A DNA stretch of 64,000 bases, taken from assembly GCA_040905385.1 (NCBI GenBank), contig JBBDRP010000002.1:595403-659402 (forward strand), in the 5' to 3' direction. Below the pieces are notes generated by a model. The model was not told where the DNA came from and made no database searches. It was given only the letters and a program-made list of their open reading frames with translations. How positions within the stretch are numbered: the stretch's first letter is position 1; every line of letters starts with the position of its first letter. Positions 20,132 through 29,597 of the stretch are shown here, piece after piece. Origin of the DNA: Minisyncoccota bacterium (GTDB lineage Bacteria; Patescibacteriota; Minisyncoccia; Phycocordibacterales; SW-6-46-9). The position numbers and the translations under genes were made by a program.

Positions 20132-20464
20132 TTAACTATCCTCCTCATTATTACTGTCAGAAATCTCTTCACGGATCACCTCTGGATACTCGGGAAAGAA
20201 GGTTTGAATATCAGACAGCGCGAAGCTCGACATTATATCAGCCGAGGACTCGCGCTGCAGCAGGAAGGAGAAGCTTGCCCAGACAAATCTTTTGGGTGTT
20301 ACGGCTTCATCCGTAAGCTCCTGGTAATAATCTCGGGAAAGCGTCACAGTATGCTTCGTGCCGGCCGGCGTCTCGACTGCGAACTCCCATCCAGCATCGG
20401 TTTCCTTTTTATCTGTAATGGTGATTGGAGACATCCCCTCTATTATTACATACCCCAGTACCAC
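20132..20464 (-). CDS. Hypothetical protein
   Basis: 110-aa ORF in an operon-like arrangement with the nuclease. Confidence 0.35.
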   Translation of the reverse strand: MVLGYVIIEGMSPITITDKKETDAGWEFAVETPAGTKHTVTLSRDYYQELTDEAVTPKRFVWASFSFLLQRESSADIMSSFALSDIQTFFPEYPEVIREEISDSNNEEDS

Positions 20465-20565
20465 GTCAGCTAAAGCTGTCGGCTACCTGTCAGCCGTCAG
20501 GAAGGCGAGGCAAGAAGTTTCCACTAATCTCAGTAATAAGACTGAAGACGTGTTGGAAACATAAA

Positions 20566-21129
20566 TCATGTCAGTTCACGCAGCGTGCGGTGATGAATCT
20601 GGTAGTCAGGTAGTATATCCTCGACAGCTGTCCAGAAATCGGCCGAGTGATTCGGATGCATCAGATGACACAGCTCATGCACCACCAGATAATCCTGCAG
20701 CTCATCAGGGAGAAAGAGTATTTTGTAATTAAAGTGCAGGTTCTTTTTTCCTGTACAACTTCCCCAACGAGTCTTCATGCGTCGAACCCTCACCTCGTTG
20801 AAGGACAGTTGGAGATCCACATTCCAGTAGTCAACCTTCTGCCGGGCCTGCTGGCAGGCCAGATCTTTGTGCTCGTCGTAGTGAGCCTTGGTATCCGTGG
20901 CAATATCCGGATACTGCTCTCTAGTTCGCAGCAGCTGGCGCCATTTATCCTGTATCCAGTCAGACTTCTCCTGTAGAAATGCCTCTACAGCACGTTCGGT
21001 CGTACCGGCCGGAACGGTCAGTGTAATCTCACCACCAGCCAGCGTCAGCCGGAGTCGTTTTGCTCGACTACTATCCCGGCGCTTTATGGTCGCCACGTCA
21101 CCGTTTGAGAGTGTACATTGATAGCTCAT
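20566..21129 (-). CDS. YgjP/DUF45-family metal-dependent hydrolase (HEXXH, UTP pyrophosphatase-like)
   Basis: YLVVHELCHLMHPNHSADFW signature. Confidence 0.7.
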   Translation of the reverse strand: MSYQCTLSNGDVATIKRRDSSRAKRLRLTLAGGEITLTVPAGTTERAVEAFLQEKSDWIQDKWRQLLRTREQYPDIATDTKAHYDEHKDLACQQARQKVDYWNVDLQLSFNEVRVRRMKTRWGSCTGKKNLHFNYKILFLPDELQDYLVVHELCHLMHPNHSADFWTAVEDILPDYQIHHRTLRELT

Positions 21130-21194
21130 AGATTAGATTCCAGGCTGTAAATAATTACATCATACCAGCTGCCAATACGCAGAGACTGGTAATA

Positions 21195-21226
21195 AAAAAC
21201 CCGCTCAAGCAAGCAGGTTTTTTATC
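21195..21226. terminator. Candidate bidirectional terminator (weak stem, A5/T6 flanks)
   Basis: AAAAACCCGCTcaagcaAGCAGGTTTTTT. Confidence 0.4.
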
Positions 21227-21472
21227 TTCGTATTATAAGCTTTTTAAAGACTTACCTTTCCGGCACCACCGCCACCACTGTGCTCACCGATAGAACTGAG
21301 AATCCCTCGAATGGTATCGCTGTCTGGCGTAGAGCTCAGGAAGCTGTACCACGGGTGATAAATTTATTTATACCTACAGCTATAGTAGCATGATTTAAAG
21401 ATAGAAATCAGACAACTGTGGAAAGAAAAAAGCCAATCCGAGTAACGGATTGGCTTGAAGAGAGGATGAGGA

Positions 21473-21835
21473 TTAATTTTTCATCATACACTTAAAAGAC
21501 CTAAATAATTCATCCATTTTTTCATTATATGGACTTTCTGCATCTAGCAGTCGAGCCGACATCGCTTGAAGCTTTTCAGTATCAGGATGAATGATGCCTA
21601 TTCCTTCTTGATCAGCTACGCCGTCCCCATCAGTATCTCGATAGTAGAAAGCGTTATCGAAACTTATAACAACCAGAATTTCTTGGTTATCAGGATTTTC
21701 AAAATACACATTGGTTACAATCAGAGATTCTGGTGAATCAAGTAGTCTATCGTTTGTGGGAATTTGCGCTGATACAACTTGCGCTGATACAATAATAAAT
21801 ACCGTAATGACTATCGTTACATATCGTGAAATCAT
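21473..21835 (-). CDS. Small secreted protein
   Basis: Signal VTIVITVFIIVSAQVVSAQ. Confidence 0.35.
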   Translation of the reverse strand: MISRYVTIVITVFIIVSAQVVSAQIPTNDRLLDSPESLIVTNVYFENPDNQEILVVISFDNAFYYRDTDGDGVADQEGIGIIHPDTEKLQAMSARLLDAESPYNEKMDELFRSFKCMMKN

Positions 21836-21932
21836 GCGACTCCTTTTTTAAAGTGAATGTTCGTGAATATCTATCTATATTTTAGTACTTTCAATAGTTT
21901 TGTCAAGTAATACGACGGCTCATTTCCATAAC

Positions 21933-21958
21933 AAAACCCAGCAGAAGCCGGGTTTTTT
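21933..21958. terminator. Intrinsic terminator
   Basis: AAAACCCAGC-agaa-GCCGGGTTTTTT. Confidence 0.55.
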
Positions 21959-21982
21959 GAGCATTTTTGTTAGGAAGTTTTC

Positions 21983-22582
21983 TTACTCCTCCTCTATAGA
22001 TGTAGTCGCACCTCCCTCTACCTCCACCTCAGCAGTGGATTCAGTCTCAGTTGAGGTTGCATCGTCATCCGATGTAGTAGCTGTCTGGTCGGTTGATGTT
22101 GTGGCCGTATCGTCCGTTTCGTTATCAGTTCCTTCCTCTGCGGTGAAGACCACCTCGATACTGTCACCATCGCGCCACTCGTAAAGAAAGCCTGCTTCTT
22201 CCCCATTGACCAGTACGGTAGTTTCGTATCCATCACGCTCAGTATCCTCACCCCAGACCGCAAAGAAATCAGCAAGTGTCAAAACAGTACTGCGGTTTGT
22301 GGATTCGATATGAATTTGTCCAGATGTGTTATGCGTGTGCACCTCGGCCATACACGAATGACTGATACCAGTATTGGCCGGAATGATCTGCTGCTGTCCG
22401 TCAACCAACACTTTAAGGTCAGCATGAATATGAAAGGCCAGGCTTTGGTGCCCACCCGGAATACAGGAGATATCCGTATCCTCCCAGTTACTTGCATTAC
22501 TGGACTGACTTCCCCAGAACATCAAACCGACGAGGCCAACAATCACAACCGTCCAGATAATTTTTGTCTTATGCTTCTTCAT
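21983..22582 (-). CDS. Secreted His/Cys-containing putative metal-binding protein with an acidic C-terminal tail
   Basis: Signal/TM; SCIPGGHQSLAFHIHADL...HSCMAEVHTHNTSGQIH. Confidence 0.4.
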   Translation of the reverse strand: MKKHKTKIIWTVVIVGLVGLMFWGSQSSNASNWEDTDISCIPGGHQSLAFHIHADLKVLVDGQQQIIPANTGISHSCMAEVHTHNTSGQIHIESTNRSTVLTLADFFAVWGEDTERDGYETTVLVNGEEAGFLYEWRDGDSIEVVFTAEEGTDNETDDTATTSTDQTATTSDDDATSTETESTAEVEVEGGATTSIEEE

Positions 22583-22650
22583 AGTAATTCGTGGTAATTT
22601 AATTTACTAATTACGCCTGGGTATTATAACAAATACTTCCCATTGTATTT

Positions 22651-23415
22651 CTAGAGATAATCAAGCAGTCCTTCGTAGTTGATAAAGTCGAGCCACTCGT
22701 AACCGTACTGAATCGTTAGTCCAAAATTATTTGTAACCAGAAGCAGCCCAAGCAGGATCAGGAAAACACCGCCAATGATTGAAATCCACTTTAAGTGCTT
22801 GGAAATCTTATCGATGTAAACCGTCGCCTTCGAGAAAGCGGCCGCAATAAGGAGAAACGGAATCGCTAAACCAAGCGAGAATATTGCTAGCATCAGCCCA
22901 CCCTGCATAACCGTACCCGACGTACCAGCCAGCAGTAAAATTGATCCCAGAATTGGGCCAACACACGGCGTCCACCCAACTGCAAACGTCCCTCCAATAA
23001 ACAATGAGCTGGATGGCTTCCCAAGTGTCAGCCAGCTTGGAATCGGAATCCGCTTATCCGTCTGAAAAAAGGAAATCTTGAAAAATCCCAGCATGTAGAG
23101 CCCAAAGATAATCACCAGCACACCACCGATGCGTGACATCCATATCTGATACGGCGCCAGAGCAGTACCAGCCAGCCCGGCCAGCATTCCGAAAGCGATA
23201 AACACGAGCGAGAACCCCCCGATAAACGCCAGGCCGTTAAGGAATATTCGCCTTCGTGCCGCGGTGGCTGTCGCTGGGTCCTTCAGCTTCTCCTGATCTA
23301 CACCACTGATAAAACCAAGATAGGCCGGTACCAGCGGCAGTGTACACGGCGCCAGAAAGGTAAGAATTCCGGCGATAAAGGCTGATATTGCAAGACCGAT
23401 ACTTACTTCAATCAT
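22651..23415 (-). CDS. Cytochrome c biogenesis/thiol-disulfide transporter CcdA/DsbD-like membrane protein
   Basis: LAPCTLPLVPAYLGFISG and a second conserved Cys in a TM (GWTPCVGPILGSIL). Confidence 0.75.
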   Translation of the reverse strand: MIEVSIGLAISAFIAGILTFLAPCTLPLVPAYLGFISGVDQEKLKDPATATAARRRIFLNGLAFIGGFSLVFIAFGMLAGLAGTALAPYQIWMSRIGGVLVIIFGLYMLGFFKISFFQTDKRIPIPSWLTLGKPSSSLFIGGTFAVGWTPCVGPILGSILLLAGTSGTVMQGGLMLAIFSLGLAIPFLLIAAAFSKATVYIDKISKHLKWISIIGGVFLILLGLLLVTNNFGLTIQYGYEWLDFINYEGLLDYL

Positions 23416-23425
23416 AAATTATTAT

Positions 23426-23950
23426 TTAGTTACGGATAATCTTCTCTACATGCTCCTGCATTTCATCCAGCTCCATTGGACCACGTTTATGCACCACAAT
23501 CTCACCAGCCGCATTCACAAAGATGGTCTCCGGCATCGAGAAACCACCAATCTTCTGATAGAAAGTATCACTATCATCAAGCAGGAAAAGCATCCTATCG
23601 GTTACATCAATCTCATCGGTATACCCCTCCGCACGCTCGCGCGATTCGCGTCTGTCAATCGCCATTACCACAACGTCCTGAGCCTCATACTGCTGCTGCA
23701 GTCGCGCAAAATCAGGCAGCTCCGCCCGGCAGAAAGGACACCAGGTCGCCCAGCTGTTTATCACCAACGGCTGTCCATGAAACTCCTCCAGCGTTCGCTC
23801 ATTCCCCTCGTAATCAAGAAGTGTAATATCAGCGAAGACATCAAAATCACTACCACTATCCGATTCAGTAGATGGCCCGGAAAGGACAATGAATCCAATC
23901 AGGACGGCTCCACCAACAGCAATAAGTGTGTAAATGAGAGATTTGTTCAT
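23426..23950 (-). CDS. TlpA/ResA-like periplasmic thioredoxin
   Basis: WATWCPFCRAE thioredoxin-fold active site; N-terminal TM. Confidence 0.75.
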   Translation of the reverse strand: MNKSLIYTLIAVGGAVLIGFIVLSGPSTESDSGSDFDVFADITLLDYEGNERTLEEFHGQPLVINSWATWCPFCRAELPDFARLQQQYEAQDVVVMAIDRRESRERAEGYTDEIDVTDRMLFLLDDSDTFYQKIGGFSMPETIFVNAAGEIVVHKRGPMELDEMQEHVEKIIRN

Positions 23951-23955
23951 AGAAG

Positions 23956-24684
23956 TTAATTATTACGAGCGTACTCCACCACAGTAGTAACCTGATCATA
24001 CGGCAGCGCCCCACTAAACGGAATAATATTCCCTTCTGGAGTCAGCACCACAACAAAGGGCGTTCCACGGCCGCCGAGTGATGTCACTTCATCCAGATCA
24101 TCCTGCACCGCTTGTGCTACCTCGCCATCTTCTAGACAAGAGGCAAAGGCGTCCAGAGAAATATCAGCAGTGACGGCCTGAGACGCAAAGAAGGACTCAC
24201 CAATCCCGCGCTGGTTAGCAAAGGATGCATCAGCAAAGTTCCAGAATGAATCATTATCACTCAAGAGGGCAATACACTCAGAAGCGACAGCAGCGGAAAA
24301 AGCATTGGAGTGTGAGCTAAGCGGAAAATGTCGATACGTCCAAGCAACATCATCTGTCTCTTCAGTGATTCGCGACAGCGTCGGATGTAGTCGCCCACAA
24401 AACGGACACTCGAAATCACTATACTCGACAATCATTACCGGCGCATCGGCGTCACCACGAATGTGGTCATCGGCGACTGTTGGCATCCGGAACCAGTCCG
24501 GAATCGGCTGGTCCAGCGGCTCATCCGCTGCTGCCTGCTGAGACTGGTCATTCATCTGACCCTGGTGGTCACTACCAGCTACCGTCTTGTCTCCACCAGA
24601 AAAGAGCAACGCTGAGCCAATTAATCCGCCGGCTACGATAACCGCTGCTGCAATAATGTAGTTGTTTGTCGAATTATTTTCCAT
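23956..24684 (-). CDS. DsbA-like thioredoxin-fold oxidoreductase
   Basis: FECPFCGRLH active site; N-terminal TM. Confidence 0.65.
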   Translation of the reverse strand: MENNSTNNYIIAAAVIVAGGLIGSALLFSGGDKTVAGSDHQGQMNDQSQQAAADEPLDQPIPDWFRMPTVADDHIRGDADAPVMIVEYSDFECPFCGRLHPTLSRITEETDDVAWTYRHFPLSSHSNAFSAAVASECIALLSDNDSFWNFADASFANQRGIGESFFASQAVTADISLDAFASCLEDGEVAQAVQDDLDEVTSLGGRGTPFVVVLTPEGNIIPFSGALPYDQVTTVVEYARNN

Positions 24685-24686
24685 AC

Positions 24687-24923
24687 TTAGGCAATTTCAA
24701 GCAGCGACTTCAGCTTCGCCTCATTAAATCCAATTACCATTTCTTCATCTACAAAGATAACCGGTACACCTGTCTGCTCGCTACGATCAAGCATCTCCTG
24801 ACGCTTCTTGACATCCTCAGCCACATTGTGATCTGTATACTCGATATCGTTATCTGTAAAAAACTTCTTGGCGTGCTGACAATGAATACAACCTGGTGTT
24901 GAATAAATTTCCACTTTTTTCAT
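24687..24923 (-). CDS. Glutaredoxin-like protein (NrdH/Grx family)
   Basis: KVEIYSTPGCIHCQHAKKFF CxxC; start taken at MKKVEIY. Confidence 0.65.
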   Translation of the reverse strand: MKKVEIYSTPGCIHCQHAKKFFTDNDIEYTDHNVAEDVKKRQEMLDRSEQTGVPVIFVDEEMVIGFNEAKLKSLLEIA

Positions 24924-24955
24924 AATAGTTTTAATTAAGACTTTTAAGTAATTTT

Positions 24956-25990
24956 CTATTGGTACAGCTCGCTTTCCGGGTGCACGGCTACCCAAGAAAA
25001 CCAGAAGCCCGGGATTGACGACAGTGACTCGCCGTCAGCCGAGAAGGACACCTCGCCAATATCACTCTTGGTGATGGTAATCTCGCTGCCAGCAAACTGA
25101 TCAATAGTGGTTCCTACCGCCAGCGCATCGTGATGGTACGCCTTAAACTGACCATCAATCTCTACACCGTGAACAAGATCCTTGGGATGCAGACGATCAT
25201 CGGTAAATTCAGCCCCAAAGGAAACCGAATCACTGCTGTAGTAACCACCGTACGGATCACGACCGTAATTTCGTGAGGCTCCAGTATCGCGCGACAGCAC
25301 CGTTGTGTCTGGATTTCTCTCTATCCAGTCACCAAACTGAACAATGTCTGATCGTATAATTGGTAGCCGCTCGCCGGTATTTGGTCCTACCACTGCCTCG
25401 CCCAGTACCTGCGACCACAGCGACTCTTCATCTTCGCTGTCAGCTCGGTTGTACATCAGAAGATTCGACTGCCACAACCGACCAGAGACGCCGAACTCCT
25501 GCACCTCACCGGCAACCTTACGTTCAAACACAATTCCGGTGGCACACAGCGGACAGTACGTTACCATGACCGGCTCACCGGCCAGCGTATCGTTGACAAT
25601 CTCATGCCAGACAAGAATCTTGTATGGGTAAAAGCGGCTCTCTCCCTCTATCGTTAATCCTAAACCGATGTCATCAGCGACCAGAAAGTCTGCTTCGTCT
25701 GGCGAGATAAACTTCGGATCATCAATTGACGGGATACCGTCCTTTCCGGGACCACCAGAAAGGATTTCATCAAGCGGAATCGAGTGGCGAGTTCCGTCGG
25801 TAATCCGAATGTCTCGCCCTCCGCCGACAGAAGCAGTCTGCTCAAAAGTTGATTCCACGTCTTCATCCGAAGTCTCCTCTACCGAGACCGACTCACCAGA
25901 CGGCAGCGGAAAATCGGCACGCTGGAGATACCAAGCGGCAGCAACAGCCGCCAGAAGAAGGACAATTACCACAATGTAAGATACTTTCAT
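24956..25990 (-). CDS. DUF3179-like secreted protein (CPLC motif)
   Basis: N-terminal TM; VTYCPLCATGIVFERKV; the family assignment is from memory of the motif. Confidence 0.45.
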   Translation of the reverse strand: MKVSYIVVIVLLLAAVAAAWYLQRADFPLPSGESVSVEETSDEDVESTFEQTASVGGGRDIRITDGTRHSIPLDEILSGGPGKDGIPSIDDPKFISPDEADFLVADDIGLGLTIEGESRFYPYKILVWHEIVNDTLAGEPVMVTYCPLCATGIVFERKVAGEVQEFGVSGRLWQSNLLMYNRADSEDEESLWSQVLGEAVVGPNTGERLPIIRSDIVQFGDWIERNPDTTVLSRDTGASRNYGRDPYGGYYSSDSVSFGAEFTDDRLHPKDLVHGVEIDGQFKAYHHDALAVGTTIDQFAGSEITITKSDIGEVSFSADGESLSSIPGFWFSWVAVHPESELYQ

Positions 25991-25997
25991 GGCCAGA

Positions 25998-26303
25998 TTA
26001 TTCTAATGAATTAATTACGTGAGCAATTTTGTCCGTAAGGCTGGTATCTGTCGGTACATAACACTTCGTTCGCCCATCACGGACCCCTCTAACGACACCA
26101 TATGCCTCCAAATTTGCCAACTGATGTGAGGTGGCCGACTGCGAGATACCAACCGCCTGAGACAACTCATACACACACAGATCCTCATCTGCATTAAGAA
26201 GAAGCTGCATAATCGCAAAGCGATTTTTATTATTCAGTATCTTTAGTACCACTGCTGCCTCCTTGCCAACACCGGTGGTTGTGTTATATGATGATGTTGT
26301 CAT
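25998..26303 (-). CDS. ArsR/SmtB-family HTH transcriptional regulator
   Basis: LCVYELSQAVGISQSATSHQLANLEAYGVV HTH. Confidence 0.7.
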   Translation of the reverse strand: MTTSSYNTTTGVGKEAAVVLKILNNKNRFAIMQLLLNADEDLCVYELSQAVGISQSATSHQLANLEAYGVVRGVRDGRTKCYVPTDTSLTDKIAHVINSLE

Positions 26304-26384
26304 ATATTCATATGTTATCCGTAAGGTAATGTATTGTCAAATATCTTGTGCTGATATGATGTATACAAGTTAAAAAAAATAATT

Positions 26385-27152
26385 ATGAAAATTTTTACCA
26401 ACGTACAGAAAACACAAAAAGAGCAGTCGAAGGGTGATATCGTGCTCGTTCACGGGTCCTGGGGCTCATCGGAGATGTGGATGACGTACATAAAGCAGCT
26501 AGCTGAAAAAGGCTGGAATGTGTACGCCCCGGATCTTCGCGGTCACGGAAAAAGTGACGGACAAATTGCTGGCACAACCATGGATGATTATGTCGAGGAT
26601 ATCCACACCAGTGTCACCGACCATGATCTAGAAAATCCGGTGGTGATTGGCCACTCCATGGGTGGATTGGTCGCACTCATGTACGCCAGAGACCATAATC
26701 CCGCTGCCGTTGTTGCTATCGACCCCAGCCCAACTGTGGAGGTGCAAGGAAGCGCCGAAAAGTCATACCCGGACGAGTACACAGCAGTCGATGCGGGGAT
26801 GCCAACGGATCCACAAGCCGTCATGCAGGCCTTTCCGGACATTTCCCAAGACATGCTTATGAAGCTCAAGAATATGCTCGGCCCTGAATCTGGAGCCGCC
26901 CGCACCCAGCGCAAACGCGGTATCTCCGTTACCAAAGAGGAGCTATCGATGCCCACACTGTTTGTCGGTGGTGAGCTCGGAGAATCCGTTGATTTTGGCA
27001 TCGGTATTCAGACCGCTACCGAGATGGCCGACTACTACGAAAAGGATGTGATCGAGATAGCCGGTGCGTCACACCCCGGAATCCTGGTCGGTGAAAACGC
27101 TCCTGCAGCAGTCAAGAAGATTGATGAGTGGCTTACTCGTAACCTTAACTAA
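26385..27152 (+). CDS. Alpha/beta-fold hydrolase
   Basis: GHSMGG nucleophile elbow; HGSWGS; C-terminal catalytic His region. Confidence 0.7.
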   Translation: MKIFTNVQKTQKEQSKGDIVLVHGSWGSSEMWMTYIKQLAEKGWNVYAPDLRGHGKSDGQIAGTTMDDYVEDIHTSVTDHDLENPVVIGHSMGGLVALMYARDHNPAAVVAIDPSPTVEVQGSAEKSYPDEYTAVDAGMPTDPQAVMQAFPDISQDMLMKLKNMLGPESGAARTQRKRGISVTKEELSMPTLFVGGELGESVDFGIGIQTATEMADYYEKDVIEIAGASHPGILVGENAPAAVKKIDEWLTRNLN

Positions 27153-27155
27153 TCT

Positions 27156-27554
27156 ATGTTTGACCTTATCCCTCTTGCCTCATTTACGGATACTATCCTG
27201 CTCTTGCTTCGAGTTATTGCCGGTAGTGTGATGATCTACTACGGCTGGCCAAAGATAAAGGACCTACGAAAAAATACCAAGGACTTCGAAGAGATGGGCT
27301 TCAAGCCCGGCTGGCTGCACGGCAGTATCGTTGCCGCCGTGGAGTTTCTCGGTGGTCTGGGAATCCTGCTTGGCATCCTCACTTGGATTCCGGCGGCAGC
27401 GTTTGGGTTCGAGATGCTGCTTGGTGCCGGCTGGAAGATTACAAAAACCGACAAACCCTTTACCGACTGGTCGTATGACCTGCTGCTACTTGCATTGATG
27501 CTGGTACTACTTGCCTTTGGTCCGGGCGCTTACGCAGTTAACGCACTAATATAA
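27156..27554 (+). CDS. DoxX-family membrane protein
   Basis: 4-TM DoxX-like pattern (RVIAGSVMIYYGWPKI...). Confidence 0.6.
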   Translation: MFDLIPLASFTDTILLLLRVIAGSVMIYYGWPKIKDLRKNTKDFEEMGFKPGWLHGSIVAAVEFLGGLGILLGILTWIPAAAFGFEMLLGAGWKITKTDKPFTDWSYDLLLLALMLVLLAFGPGAYAVNALI

Positions 27555-27558
27555 CGCT

Positions 27559-27720
27559 ATGAATATATCTAAAGATGAACTTGTCAGACTTCTTCAAAAG
27601 GCTCAGGGGGCTCATCACGAGTACGAAAAAACCCTGGATAAACCAGATGATGATTGGGCTAGTTGGTACGCCAACTACATCGAGGATCACGTCGCTACCG
27701 ACGAAGGAAGCTGCTGCTAA
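27559..27720 (+). CDS. Small hypothetical protein (53 aa, untracked)
   Basis: ATG 27559, TAA 27718-20: MNISKDELVRLLQKAQGAHHEYEKTLDKPDDDWASWYANYIEDHVATDEGSCC; sits 4 nt after doxX. Confidence 0.3.
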   Translation: MNISKDELVRLLQKAQGAHHEYEKTLDKPDDDWASWYANYIEDHVATDEGSCC

Positions 27721-27781
27721 AGACCGTATGGAGACAGAAGCGTTATAATACCAATCAGAGGTGCAAAATAGGATAAGATTT

Positions 27782-29560
27782 TTATCCGCTTGAATCTTTT
27801 GCTATATCCTTCAGGTCTTTCTTTATTGTTTTTTCAACTTTATCCAGATCCTTTTTTAATTTTTTGATAACCTCCTTCTCCTTTTTGGTGAACTTCTTCT
27901 TACCTTTAATACCCTCCAGACTCTCTAGTCGTTTCATTAACTTCTCCTTAAAGTCATCCAAAGATTCATGTAAGTCACCTTCTGTTTTTCGAAGATTTTT
28001 TCCTAATTGTTTCTTTATAAGTATAACTTTTCGCCAACCGTAGAACAGGATGATAATGAGAGCCAACAGCAGGGAAGCTATTATGATAAATGTTGTCAGT
28101 AGATCAATTGCCCAGTTACCAATTCTTACTATTGCGTGCTTCTCTACGATGATAGTAAGCTCTTTGCTCAACTCGCTCTTTGCTCCACGGCTATCAATAA
28201 CTCTCGCCTGCAGGCTGTAAACACCATCCTCCAATCCAGTATCAGAAACAAAGCTAAAGGAACCGTCGCTTTCTACAGTGACCTCGTGGTATTCCCCATC
28301 ACTTTCATCTTCTTCTTGTAGCTGAATCTCTACTTTCGAATCAGGATAATCAGTTTCTCCTTTGATGATAAATATCTCATCATTTCGAAGCGTACGAGGA
28401 TATTCAGTAATAACTGGTGCATTTAGTGGCTCAACCTCAAAATCTGCAGTATCTGCTATGGAGTTTCCGGCCTTATCAACCGCCCGCACTATCATAGTGT
28501 ATGCACCTGGCTCCAGGGCTTCGGTTTCATACCTGCCGCTTCCATCATCTCTCCATATTGACGAGTACTCATTGATGATCTGGATATCGTAATGATCTAT
28601 GCCTGAGGTTCCATCCTCAGCAGCGAAGATAAACGCTACTTTTGGGTCGGTCATGTCAGCTCTCTGTACCTCCTTAATTTCGAATCGACTTGGCTGTTCC
28701 GTGTCAATCTGGATTCGTGTATGAGAAATATCTCCCCATCCATACCCATTACGAAACTGCGCATGAAGATACCATGCTCCATCAGACAAATCTTCGATTA
28801 CTCTCTCGCTTATCGGTGGTGTGTGCTCTACTGATGGTACGCTCTCAGAAGAGTTATCTAAAAGTAAGCGGACAGATGTCACGCCGGAAGGTACGGACCA
28901 GGAAACATGAGCATCCTTCTCGGAGTACCACCCATTAGGGTCTGGATGAGACGAGGACGTAACATCTGGAGCGGCTGGTGTGTTCGCTGAAGGAGCGGGA
29001 GTAGGACTCGGTGTTGGTGTTGGAGTAGGGGTAGGTGTTGGTGTTGGGGTAGGACTAGCTTCGCCGAGCACAAAACGAGACGACCTCATTCCATCCAGAA
29101 TATTAGTCCCTTGTCCATCATTAGCAAGAACCGAACCACCGGAAAAATTAACTGCTGCTTCACCGGTAGACTTTACCCGAAAATTTAACGTTGCTATTTC
29201 ACCTCTATTACCCGAAAAACCCGGGTTCGGAATTACACCCTCGAAATTAACTGTTCCAGAAGTATTTGAAAATGCTGGTTCCTGAACCCAGAATGAAAGT
29301 ATTGAGTTCTGTCTTGAGATAGAGGTAATCTCAAGTAAATTCTGAGGAAAAGAGATTTCACCAGAAGCGGCGTTCATTGCCTGATCCAGGTTTGTTACAT
29401 CAATACTGACCGAAATATTGCTACCTACAGGATACGATCCTGATGACGGGCTTAGCTCCAGTGTGGCAGCATCAGCGGTCGTGAATGCCATTACAGCAAA
29501 GAGTATGCAGAATATTGTTAAAAACCCTCGAATTTTACTGATTACATCTGCCATATGCAC
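27782..29560 (-). CDS. Surface protein with an N-terminal cohesin-like domain, (PT)n linker, Ig/FN3-like domains, C-terminal TM and K-rich cytoplasmic tail
   Basis: Signal; cohesin-like block ...EISFPQNLLEITSISRQNSILSFWVQEPAFSNTSGTVNFEGVIPNPGFSGNRGEIATLNFRVKSTG...; PTPTPTPTPTPTPSPTPAP; TM IIIASLLLALIIILFYGW then a K/E-rich tail. Confidence 0.5.
   Translation of the reverse strand: MHMADVISKIRGFLTIFCILFAVMAFTTADAATLELSPSSGSYPVGSNISVSIDVTNLDQAMNAASGEISFPQNLLEITSISRQNSILSFWVQEPAFSNTSGTVNFEGVIPNPGFSGNRGEIATLNFRVKSTGEAAVNFSGGSVLANDGQGTNILDGMRSSRFVLGEASPTPTPTPTPTPTPTPSPTPAPSANTPAAPDVTSSSHPDPNGWYSEKDAHVSWSVPSGVTSVRLLLDNSSESVPSVEHTPPISERVIEDLSDGAWYLHAQFRNGYGWGDISHTRIQIDTEQPSRFEIKEVQRADMTDPKVAFIFAAEDGTSGIDHYDIQIINEYSSIWRDDGSGRYETEALEPGAYTMIVRAVDKAGNSIADTADFEVEPLNAPVITEYPRTLRNDEIFIIKGETDYPDSKVEIQLQEEDESDGEYHEVTVESDGSFSFVSDTGLEDGVYSLQARVIDSRGAKSELSKELTIIVEKHAIVRIGNWAIDLLTTFIIIASLLLALIIILFYGWRKVILIKKQLGKNLRKTEGDLHESLDDFKEKLMKRLESLEGIKGKKKFTKKEKEVIKKLKKDLDKVEKTIKKDLKDIAKDSSG
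28995..29060. repeat. GGTGTTGG-type simple tandem repeat encoding the (PT)n linker
   Basis: ggtgttggtgttggagtaggggtaggtgttggtgttggggtagg. Confidence 0.6.
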
Positions 29561-29597
29561 CTAAAAGAAGAATTATAAAAGCTGTGTACATTATACC

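Noticed and set aside
23450-23959. 169-aa plus-strand ORF (and 23476..23826)
   Set aside because: Antisense to the TlpA-like thioredoxin, which has a clear WCPFC active site
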